From Rubripirellula sp. (lineage in GTDB: Bacteria; Planctomycetota; Planctomycetia; Pirellulales; Pirellulaceae): a DNA stretch of 64,000 bases. A program made the translations under genes and the position numbers. Location: assembly GCA_965216875.1 (NCBI GenBank), contig OZ244207.1, positions 704,001 through 768,000 of the forward strand, given 5' to 3'. Positions 8,059 through 16,115 of this stretch are shown here, piece by piece (the stretch's first letter is position 1; the number at the start of each line of letters is the position of its first letter). The notes below the pieces were generated by a model that was given only the letters and a program-made list of their open reading frames with translations, had not been told where the DNA came from and did no database searches.

Positions 8059-9978
8059 ATGTCGAACCTATTGCAACTCGCTTGCCCGAATTGCTCGGCG
8101 CTACTGAACGTCGCTGCTCCGGATGGCCCGACCGGCCAAGTCCAGTGTGGCGGATGCGGTCATACGTTTACGTTTCGGGCATCGCCTGCGGCTCCACAGA
8201 ACGCCCCGTCGAACGACCTGTTTGGCTCGCTTTCCGATTTGGGAACGCCGCCGCCGCAGTCTCCCGCGCAGCCACCGCCACCGGCAAGGTATGGTGCCGG
8301 CGGGGGTTATTCACCTCCACCCGCACGTCGCGCTGGCGGCGCAGGCAAGGGCAGCAAGAAAGGTTTGATCATCGCCGCGGTTGGCATCTCCGCCACGGTT
8401 CTGCTCGGGATCATCGGAGTTGTTGGCGTGGTTGTGCTGCGCAAAGCCGATTTGATTCCTGCCTCGGTTTCGGTCTTTGATTCGGGCGAAGCGATCCTCG
8501 CCGACGCCGACGAAATTGACCTTGAGCTTCAGCGGATCGTCAACTCACTCGGCGAGACCACCGTGACCGATGCTCAGCGCAAAGAACTTGTTGGGAAGGT
8601 CCTTGAGTCGTTCGAATTGCTCACGCGCGCAAACAAACTCGCGCCACTGACGGACGAGCAAGCGCTCGCTCTGACCGACGGCGTCGAAGAAGTCGATCGC
8701 CCGGGTTCGATTTTTGAATCGAAAACCGTACCGGAAAGCCCGCTCGATGATGAGGCGCGCGACGCGATGCGCACCAAACTTCGAAAGATCCCAATGGATC
8801 AATCCAAGGGGGCATTCCCGATGGTGCAGCGGGGGCTCGCGATCACGAACTTTTTGCGCGAATACCTTCGTTACGGACATCGTGAGTTTTCAACGACCAC
8901 CGATCGCGGCGAAGAAATCGATGTCGAACGGATCAAGCTGATTCGCCAATTCAACCTCGCCGGTGCCAAGACGACTGAGAAGATTGACCCGCTTTACGTC
9001 GAATCGCTCGAAGACAAAGAGGCGGCAAAGGCTTACATCTTGAGCGTCTACCAACCGATGCTCTCCGAAGCCGAAGAGATTGCCGAGAAGCTCTACGCAT
9101 TGGCCAATGAACGCTACGAGCTTGCCGAAGAGATCAAGCCGTCAAAACGCTACAGCGAACTGGAGTACTACGCCGAGCAGATGACGGGCGTTGTCTACGG
9201 TCATTCGGTCGGCGTTGGCGTTTCAAGGAGCGGAGAGCTTGGACCGGTCGCCGAAGTACTCTTTGCCGCAAAGGACCTTGATCGGGCCGAACGGGGGATC
9301 ATGCCAAGTCGATTGGCAAAGGACCATCGTGAGAAGGAAGCTGCGGCCGCCGAGCGCGAACGCGCCGAATCAGAACGCCAGGCCAAAATCGCCATGGAGC
9401 AACAGCGGCTCGATCAAGAACTCGAAAACGAACGGAAACTTGCGGCAGCCGAAGCGAAACGCAAGGAAGCCTTAGAAGAAGCAAAGCGACGCGCCGAATC
9501 GGGTGAACCCGATCCGAATTCCGTCGCGGGCAATCAGTTTGGGCCCTTCGGGTCGCGAATGCGAGGTCCCGGCGGTCGACCTGGCCCAGCTGGAATGGGC
9601 AGCGGTCGCGATCGGTCGAGGCCAGGATCCTTCGATCCGTCAAATCCAGGTCCGGGATCCTTCGGGCCGGGCTCCTTTGGTCCTGGGCCACGACGCGGCC
9701 CGAGGTTCGGAGGCGGTGGGCCGCCGATGCCGGCGTTTGATCCGAAAACGGGCGTCACGATTCAGATGGACCTCGCTCAAGGGATTTCCCCCAGCAACGT
9801 GACGCGAAAGTTCAGTGGGCCATTGCAGACGTCGGTTTCGGCAAACAGTAGCAACGGCCGTTTGATCATTCGTGTCTCGTACACCGGATCGATCGATGAT
9901 GTGGCCAAGCTCATCGACTTTGGCAAAGTTGTTTCCAAGGATGCCGCAACACGCACCATCATCGTCGAACCGAACTAG
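8059..9978 (+). CDS. Hypothetical single-pass membrane protein (zinc ribbon, TM helix, coiled coil, Gly/Pro-rich tract)
   Basis: CPNC...CGGC N-terminus, hydrophobic LIIAAVG...VVVL, E/A/R-rich coil, PGSF repeats. Confidence 0.75.
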   Translation: MSNLLQLACPNCSALLNVAAPDGPTGQVQCGGCGHTFTFRASPAAPQNAPSNDLFGSLSDLGTPPPQSPAQPPPPARYGAGGGYSPPPARRAGGAGKGSKKGLIIAAVGISATVLLGIIGVVGVVVLRKADLIPASVSVFDSGEAILADADEIDLELQRIVNSLGETTVTDAQRKELVGKVLESFELLTRANKLAPLTDEQALALTDGVEEVDRPGSIFESKTVPESPLDDEARDAMRTKLRKIPMDQSKGAFPMVQRGLAITNFLREYLRYGHREFSTTTDRGEEIDVERIKLIRQFNLAGAKTTEKIDPLYVESLEDKEAAKAYILSVYQPMLSEAEEIAEKLYALANERYELAEEIKPSKRYSELEYYAEQMTGVVYGHSVGVGVSRSGELGPVAEVLFAAKDLDRAERGIMPSRLAKDHREKEAAAAERERAESERQAKIAMEQQRLDQELENERKLAAAEAKRKEALEEAKRRAESGEPDPNSVAGNQFGPFGSRMRGPGGRPGPAGMGSGRDRSRPGSFDPSNPGPGSFGPGSFGPGPRRGPRFGGGGPPMPAFDPKTGVTIQMDLAQGISPSNVTRKFSGPLQTSVSANSSNGRLIIRVSYTGSIDDVAKLIDFGKVVSKDAATRTIIVEPN

Positions 9979-9996
9979 TCGACGGTTTGTCTGATC

Positions 9997-10022
9997 GTCG
10001 CCTTTCGCTCCGCGAAAGTAGC
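9997..10022. repeat. Short palindrome family (GTCGCCTTTCGCTCCGCGAAAGTAGC)
   Basis: Reverse complement matches 14876-14901 with one mismatch; sits between convergent genes. Confidence 0.7.
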
Positions 10023-10068
10023 ATCGACTAACGCAGCTTTTTCGAAAACAAGTGAGCCGAACGCTAGC

Positions 10069-11550
10069 TCAAGGTTCGGCGTCGATGTCGAGTTTCGCGA
10101 CGCCTGACACTTCGTCCGAGATCAAGAGTAGCCCGATCACCTTTTCATCTTCGGCCGAAACGACGGCAGCGCCGTGCCATGTTTCGCGGTCGAGGTGGGC
10201 GACGTCGGCGGTCCAATAGTCGCCTGCGTCCGCCATTTCGTGGGCGCCGAGCGGTTCGATCATCAGCCCTGCGCCACCCGCTTCACTTCGGATTTGGCGA
10301 ACGGCAAAACAGTCCTCTGGTTTATTGGGTTGCCTGAACCGCACATTCTCAAATGCACTGGCGTCAAAGCTCTCGGCGTTCTCGAGGCGGACTGCGGCAA
10401 GGTACTCTGACTCAAGTTGCGCGATATCGGTCGCTTTCATTTTCACTTCATTGCCAGACCCATCTCGGAAAAAGAATGCCTCCGATCCACCGATCGCGTC
10501 GGCAAAACCAGCGAAGGTGTCTTTTGGGAAGATGGCTCGTGTTCCGCCCGGACCGCCGATCGTGACCGCGGATGCGGCCGCTTGGTGAGATCGAGTGATG
10601 CCAAAGTGTTTTTGTTGCCACTTGGCAACCACCGTTGCAGAGGCTGGCGGCTTGCGTTTGAGAAGCGGCGTGGGCTCGCTTGCCGCGATCCAATCTGCAT
10701 CCTCTTTTTCATACAGACGAAAGACTTCGCCGGCGAATACTTTGGATGGATCGCCCCCGCCCGGCGTGATGAAGGCAACGCCGCCGCGCGCGATTTCGTC
10801 AAGCGTTTCGGTGTCAATCTTCACGCCGGTCACGCCCACGTCAAAGTGCACACCGCTTGTGACCCAGAACTTTGACTTGGGGGATAGCAGTCGTTGATAC
10901 GGTTGTTGGATGCGAATGCGAGTGTCGACATGCATTCCATCGGTCGAAAGGCTGCTACGAATCACTTGTCCGACTTCAACGCCGCGCCAGGTCACCGGCG
11001 AGCCCGGATTGACTCCGTGTCGATCGTTGCCACGCAAGACAATTTCGATGCCTGTTTGTCCGACGCTACTTGGCGGTCGCGATGCGAGACCATCGAATTG
11101 GGTTTGATGCGCGTTCGATTCGCCTGGGATGACTGCGATGTATTTCGATCCTACTGCCGTTTCGAGTCCACGGACGCCTGTCAGGCCGATTTCGGGTCGC
11201 ACGATCCAGAAACGCGATCCTTGGCTGGCGATCGAAGCGGCGGAAGTCTTCAATTCGACCGCGACATCGATGCTTGAAAGGTCTTCGCTCAGCACCACTC
11301 CGGTCACATGGCCAACTTCGATCCCGCGGTACCGAACGGGATCACCTTCCTTGAGGCCATGACCTTCTGAAAACCGAATGTTGATTGCGATGCCCGAATC
11401 ATCGAGTGAATACCAAGTCAGACCAATCGCGAAAGCGACACAGGCCAGCGTCAACAGCCACATCGACGAGAGCGTGCCGAGGCTGAATGCTCGCACGGCT
11501 TTAACGTCGGCCGTGGGGAATTCGTTCTGGGCGGTATTCGTTTCACTCAT
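10069..11550 (-). CDS. pqiB: PqiB/MlaD family protein with two MCE domains
   Basis: N-terminal TM; GHGLKEGDPVRYRGIEVGHV, SRFWIVRP and GVNPGSPVTWRGVEVGQV, SKFWV. Confidence 0.8.
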   Translation of the reverse strand: MSETNTAQNEFPTADVKAVRAFSLGTLSSMWLLTLACVAFAIGLTWYSLDDSGIAINIRFSEGHGLKEGDPVRYRGIEVGHVTGVVLSEDLSSIDVAVELKTSAASIASQGSRFWIVRPEIGLTGVRGLETAVGSKYIAVIPGESNAHQTQFDGLASRPPSSVGQTGIEIVLRGNDRHGVNPGSPVTWRGVEVGQVIRSSLSTDGMHVDTRIRIQQPYQRLLSPKSKFWVTSGVHFDVGVTGVKIDTETLDEIARGGVAFITPGGGDPSKVFAGEVFRLYEKEDADWIAASEPTPLLKRKPPASATVVAKWQQKHFGITRSHQAAASAVTIGGPGGTRAIFPKDTFAGFADAIGGSEAFFFRDGSGNEVKMKATDIAQLESEYLAAVRLENAESFDASAFENVRFRQPNKPEDCFAVRQIRSEAGGAGLMIEPLGAHEMADAGDYWTADVAHLDRETWHGAAVVSAEDEKVIGLLLISDEVSGVAKLDIDAEP

Positions 11551-12140
11551 TGCTCGTCGTCCCAGATGGAATGAGGGTCAAAGGAGATCGATGCCAACAT
11601 GCTCATGGCAACGCAAAAGACAAACGCGATCACGGCTGGCCCAAATTCGAAGTGAACAAGATTGCCAAGTTTCACCAACATCACCAGAAAGGCCAAGAGC
11701 ATGACGTCCATCATGCTCCATTTGCCGACATGTTCCATCAAACGCAACGTGGTCGCTTTGTGTCGCCGATGCAGCAGTTCGAGGCAACTCAGTTCGATCA
11801 ACAAGATGACCTTTGCCAGCGGGAAGACGATCGAAAACAGAAGCACGACGAATCCCACGAAATAGCTGCCATGACGAAACAACTCGATGATTCCGCCGAC
11901 GATACTCTGTTGACTCGATTGTCCAAGTCGCTCGATCGTCAGGATGGGTAGGAGGACGGCAGGCCAAAACAACGCCAATGCCCCGATCGCCGCAGCTGCC
12001 GTTCGCGTTGCACTTCGACGCCCGCGTCCAGGTACAAACAACGTGCTTTCGCAGCGAGTGCAAATCGCACGTTGGCCGGTGTCCAGCGGCGGGACTGCAT
12101 GAATCAATCCGCAACAATGACAAGCGTGATGCGTTGACAC
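11547..12140 (-). CDS. pqiA: Paraquat-inducible protein A family (single-domain form)
   Basis: CHCC...CTRC zinc finger, FSIVFPLAK, GKWSMMDV; ATGA overlap with pqiB. Confidence 0.85.
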   Translation of the reverse strand: MSTHHACHCCGLIHAVPPLDTGQRAICTRCESTLFVPGRGRRSATRTAAAAIGALALFWPAVLLPILTIERLGQSSQQSIVGGIIELFRHGSYFVGFVVLLFSIVFPLAKVILLIELSCLELLHRRHKATTLRLMEHVGKWSMMDVMLLAFLVMLVKLGNLVHFEFGPAVIAFVFCVAMSMLASISFDPHSIWDDEQ

Positions 12141-12233
12141 GTTGAGTCATCCTCTGCAAAAAACAGGTTAACCAAGGTTGTGCCCAAGATAAGCGATCGG
12201 ACCTGGTGTGCGTAGACAGCTGAAGAGATCAGG

Positions 12234-13079
12234 ATGAAGTACTTTCCGCTCGACAAACCGGAATTCGAACACCAATTCGGTATTCGCGCCCTTGGTGATC
12301 ACGAATCGATCATCGAGGCGACGCGGCATTACGAAATGGAAACGACCATCAAACGACAACTCCTCGGGGACGAACGCGACGAGTATTTTTGCGCGAGCGA
12401 CGAAAGTCATGAGGCTTGCTGTGAGGCTGCGGGACTCGTGCTCGAAGGCGCGTCTTTCTTGTCCGCTGACAAGAATGAGTTGCTGGGCGAAAAGATCGAA
12501 TTGGATCCGGCGACGCCCCTGCTGTCGGTCGCGCGTCATGTTCAAGAGGACCTTGTCATCATGGAGGCGCGAGACGGGTATCCCCTGATCGCCGGCGTTG
12601 TCTGTTTTCCGAGTGGCTGGAGCGTGCGGAAAAAGTTTGGGAAGTCAACACTCGCGATTCATGCGCCCGTTCCCGAATTCGAGGCGGCGATGGGGAGCTC
12701 GACGATGCAGTTGTTGGAACGTTTGAAACCAGGGCGACCGGTTTGGCGGATGAACTGGGGCATCCGTCCTTCGGACCAATTGGATCAATCCCCTAAGCAT
12801 GCAAGTCGATTGCGCGTTCTTGCCGATCGCGTCCAGCCATCGACCGTGGCAACCGATTGCTTTTTTCGTGTCGAACGTCAAACCCTCTCACGGCTTCCGA
12901 GAACCGGGCACATTCTGTTCACCATTCACACACACCAATGTCCGCTTGGTGAGCTGACTCTCGATCGAAAACGCATCGTGCGAGGGGTGTTGAAGAGCTG
13001 CCCCGTCGACACGCTTCGTTACAAAGGGATCCTGCCGATGCGCGACGCGCTGTTGGAGTATTTGAAGGGTGAGTTGTAG
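12234..13079 (+). CDS. DUF3445 / heme-dependent oxidative N-demethylase alpha-subunit-like protein
   Basis: VQEDL, VCFPSGW..KKFG..IHAPVP, RVERQTLSRLPRTGHILFTIHT. Confidence 0.82.
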   Translation: MKYFPLDKPEFEHQFGIRALGDHESIIEATRHYEMETTIKRQLLGDERDEYFCASDESHEACCEAAGLVLEGASFLSADKNELLGEKIELDPATPLLSVARHVQEDLVIMEARDGYPLIAGVVCFPSGWSVRKKFGKSTLAIHAPVPEFEAAMGSSTMQLLERLKPGRPVWRMNWGIRPSDQLDQSPKHASRLRVLADRVQPSTVATDCFFRVERQTLSRLPRTGHILFTIHTHQCPLGELTLDRKRIVRGVLKSCPVDTLRYKGILPMRDALLEYLKGEL

Positions 13080-13187
13080 AAGCAGCGCGGGTTGAACGCT
13101 CATTCGGTGCGCATGGCCGATGTCGATCGAGGCTAGAATGGTGCGTGCTCTCCCTGCCCTCCCTCCTCAGAAACAAGGCCGCATTCG

Positions 13188-14672
13188 ATGGTCGATTCGC
13201 ATTCCAACCAACCGTCTCGGAAATCCGTTTCACGTAAAGCCGTGTCGAGGCGCACGTTTACAAAATCGGCTGGCGCGATTTTTGGCGCCGCGGCTGGATT
13301 CCATTTCTTTCCCGCGCTGGGTGAAAAGAAACTCGAAAAGCCGACGCTTGCCGGGATCGGTGCTGGTGGCAAAGGACGCGCCGACATCAACGGCGCCGCA
13401 GCGGCCGGCTTTGAAGTCGTTGCGTTGGTTGATGTGATTGACTTCAACAAGCTCAAGAAGTTCGAGGGGCGGCTTGCCAAGAAAAAAGGGGATGTGCGTG
13501 GCACGTACCCGCACGCTCGGTTCTTTGCTGACTACCGCGAAATGTTGCAAACGATGGGTGACAAAGTCGACGCGGTTACGGTTTCGACCCCCGACCACCA
13601 TCACTACCATGCGTCGTCGATGGCGATGCAAGCTGGCAAACACGTTTACTGCCAAAAGCCACTCACTCATGGCATTTGGGAAGCCCGCGCGCTTGCCGAC
13701 ATTTCACGCTACACGGGAGTGAAAACTCAAATGGGCAATCAGGCTCACGCCAACGACCACATGCGTCGTTGCGTTGAACTGATTCGCGCAGGCGTCGTCG
13801 GCAGGGTGCAGGAAATCCATGCTTGGACCAATCGTCCGATCTGGCCGCAAGGGTTTGCGTCACCACCGCCGAAGCAACCTGTTCCCGAAGGAATTGATTG
13901 GGATCAATGGGTCGGCCCAGCGCCGTGGGTCGATTACAACCCCCACATCGCTCCGTTTGCTTGGCGCGGTTGGTGGGATTACGGCACGGGGGCACTTGGG
14001 GACATGGCCTGTCACATCATGGACGTCGGTTACTGGTCGATGCAGCCCGATGAAGGTCCGCGACTTGCGCCGCGCAGCGTGATTGCCAGACAGAACGGCG
14101 CCACGGAGTTTTCGCCTCCGATCAATTCGGTGATCACATGGGATTTTGGGCCCACGCAATACGCCTCCAAAGAAGGTTTCAAATTCCATTGGTACGACGG
14201 CTATGTCGATGCCCATTTCGACCGCGACTCCTGGACTCTGGTGAAGAACGGGAACGAGTACAACCATCCGAGTGAAGAAGTGCTTGACGGCGAAGACTTT
14301 TCGAAATTCGGCAGTGTGATTATCGGAGACCGGGGAAAACTCTTTTTCAACCGTAGCAAGAGCAACTGGTTGCTGAAGACAGACAGCAAGATCGACCATT
14401 TCGAGTGGCCTGAACAATCGCTTTCGCGTGCCAGTGGTCAGAACAACTACCAAGAATGGATGGATGCCGTTTCTGGGAAAATCGATCAGGGTGAGTCGAA
14501 TTTCTCCCTCGCTGGGCCAATGACCGAGACGATTTTGTTGGGTGTGCTGGCTCAACGAGAGCCCGACACGGTGCTCAATTGGGATCGCGAGAAGATGGAG
14601 ATCAAAGGGCGTCCTGACTTGAAGAAATTCATCCAACGTGAATACCGTAGCGGCTGGAAATTGGTCGCCTGA
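13188..14672 (+). CDS. Gfo/Idh/MocA oxidoreductase with Tat signal
   Basis: SRRTFTK, GIGAGGKG, STPDHHH, HVYCQKPLTH, GALGDMACH. Confidence 0.9.
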   Translation: MVDSHSNQPSRKSVSRKAVSRRTFTKSAGAIFGAAAGFHFFPALGEKKLEKPTLAGIGAGGKGRADINGAAAAGFEVVALVDVIDFNKLKKFEGRLAKKKGDVRGTYPHARFFADYREMLQTMGDKVDAVTVSTPDHHHYHASSMAMQAGKHVYCQKPLTHGIWEARALADISRYTGVKTQMGNQAHANDHMRRCVELIRAGVVGRVQEIHAWTNRPIWPQGFASPPPKQPVPEGIDWDQWVGPAPWVDYNPHIAPFAWRGWWDYGTGALGDMACHIMDVGYWSMQPDEGPRLAPRSVIARQNGATEFSPPINSVITWDFGPTQYASKEGFKFHWYDGYVDAHFDRDSWTLVKNGNEYNHPSEEVLDGEDFSKFGSVIIGDRGKLFFNRSKSNWLLKTDSKIDHFEWPEQSLSRASGQNNYQEWMDAVSGKIDQGESNFSLAGPMTETILLGVLAQREPDTVLNWDREKMEIKGRPDLKKFIQREYRSGWKLVA

Positions 14673-14839
14673 GCGTTTCGAGATCTTCGGGCGTCGCACG
14701 TACCGCACCAGAGGCGTAGAATCACGTCCAGGATTCGAGGCAGTCGAGTCCGGTTTGGGCAGCGGCGCGCCCCAAAAACGCGTCGATCGAGCCTAGGAAA
14801 ACGCTGAGAGGCTGAGTTTTTCGGCCGAGTTTCGAAAGA

Positions 14840-14901
14840 GTCGCCTTTTGCTCTGCATAAGTTGCGTTTGCGGACGCTACTTTCGCTGAGCGAAAGGCGA
14901 C
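14840..14901. repeat. Inverted doublet of the GTCGCC palindrome family (left arm degenerate)
   Basis: GTCGCCTTTTGCTCTGCATAAGTTGC ... GCTACTTTCGCTGAGCGAAAGGCGAC. Confidence 0.65.
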
Positions 14902-14979
14902 ATGAAAAGACTCACAACCTTGAAGCGTTCGCTTTGGAATCAGGGCGATACGACACGAAGATCACATAGGGAATGCGAG

Positions 14980-15744
14980 ATGAGCGACGAAGAAACCACG
15001 GAAGAAGAGACCACCGAAGCAGCTTCCGAAGAACCGACCTCTGAAAAGGAGAGCGATCCGAAGAAGGTCAACCGCGTCCTGCTGGTGCCTTACCCAAAAT
15101 TCATCTTCATGTACCCGACGCTCATTGTCTCGATGATTGCAGCGGTCGTTCTTTCCTTTGTCGATCAATCAGTCAATCCGGCGACACTGAAGTTGCCAGT
15201 CACGATGACCGGGATCTTCTTGGTCGTCATGATGGCGAACATGTTTGTCATCGTGTTCGACTTCCCCAGAGCGACATCGCTCACCCTTGTGTTTGTCGTC
15301 ACGACACTCGGTCTGGGGCTTTGGCTATTGAACAAGTCCGGCATGATGCCTGCGGCTGACGGGATCTTCTCGCGGCTGCATCCGGCAGCGAATGCAACGT
15401 TTTACTACTGCATCTCGGCCGCGATGATCTTGATGTACTTGGCGATCTTTATCAGCGTCAAATTCAACTATTGGGAACTACGCAACAACGAACTGTTGCA
15501 CCATCATGGTTTGCTGAGTGATTTGAAACGCTACCCAGCACCAAATTTGCGCGTCGACAAAGAGATCAACGACGTGTTCGAATTCATGTTGCTCGGTGCG
15601 GGACGTTTGATCTTGCATCCAACGACCGAAAAACGCGCAATCGTGTTGGACAACATCCTGTTTGTGAGCACCAAAGAAAAGCAGCTCACAAAAATGCTCG
15701 GTTCGATCAAGGTGCAAATCGGAACGGATTCGGGCGTTCGGTAA
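14980..15744 (+). CDS. Hypothetical membrane protein, ~4 TM helices, possible C-terminal bacterial PH-like domain
   Basis: Acidic N-terminus, four hydrophobic segments, YWELRNNELLHHHGLLS...LLGAGRLIL. Confidence 0.7.
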   Translation: MSDEETTEEETTEAASEEPTSEKESDPKKVNRVLLVPYPKFIFMYPTLIVSMIAAVVLSFVDQSVNPATLKLPVTMTGIFLVVMMANMFVIVFDFPRATSLTLVFVVTTLGLGLWLLNKSGMMPAADGIFSRLHPAANATFYYCISAAMILMYLAIFISVKFNYWELRNNELLHHHGLLSDLKRYPAPNLRVDKEINDVFEFMLLGAGRLILHPTTEKRAIVLDNILFVSTKEKQLTKMLGSIKVQIGTDSGVR

Positions 15745-15768
15745 CGCAGGGAGGTTCGTGGATCGACC

Positions 15769-16014
15769 TTGGGAAACGCCGCTTTGCCCAATCCCTATGA
15801 GCCGCCGATCGACGCGGTCGAACATGACGCGCCCGCCGGCGCGCCCACCGAACTTGACGGTGCTGGTGAGGCGACCGATCACACGACCACATTGGTGTTG
15901 ATCTGTGCTGCGATGATGGCGTTTCTTTTTGTCGTCACCTTTCAGTGGATCTTTGCCGTGATTGCGATGATCGGTTTTGCTGCTGTCGCCGCTACCGTTG
16001 CATCGCGGACGTGA
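15769..16014 (+). CDS. Small hypothetical membrane protein
   Basis: PNPYEPP motif common at planctomycete membrane-protein N-termini, then two TM segments; start uncertain. Confidence 0.55.
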   Translation: MGNAALPNPYEPPIDAVEHDAPAGAPTELDGAGEATDHTTTLVLICAAMMAFLFVVTFQWIFAVIAMIGFAAVAATVASRT

Positions 16015-16115
16015 CCGCGGGTCTTCCATGGGGGTGGGGCATCCCATATCTTGATTTGGAACTTGTCTTGGCCCGCTAATTGGTCGCCGCTGTAACGTTT
16101 GTTGGGGGAATCATC

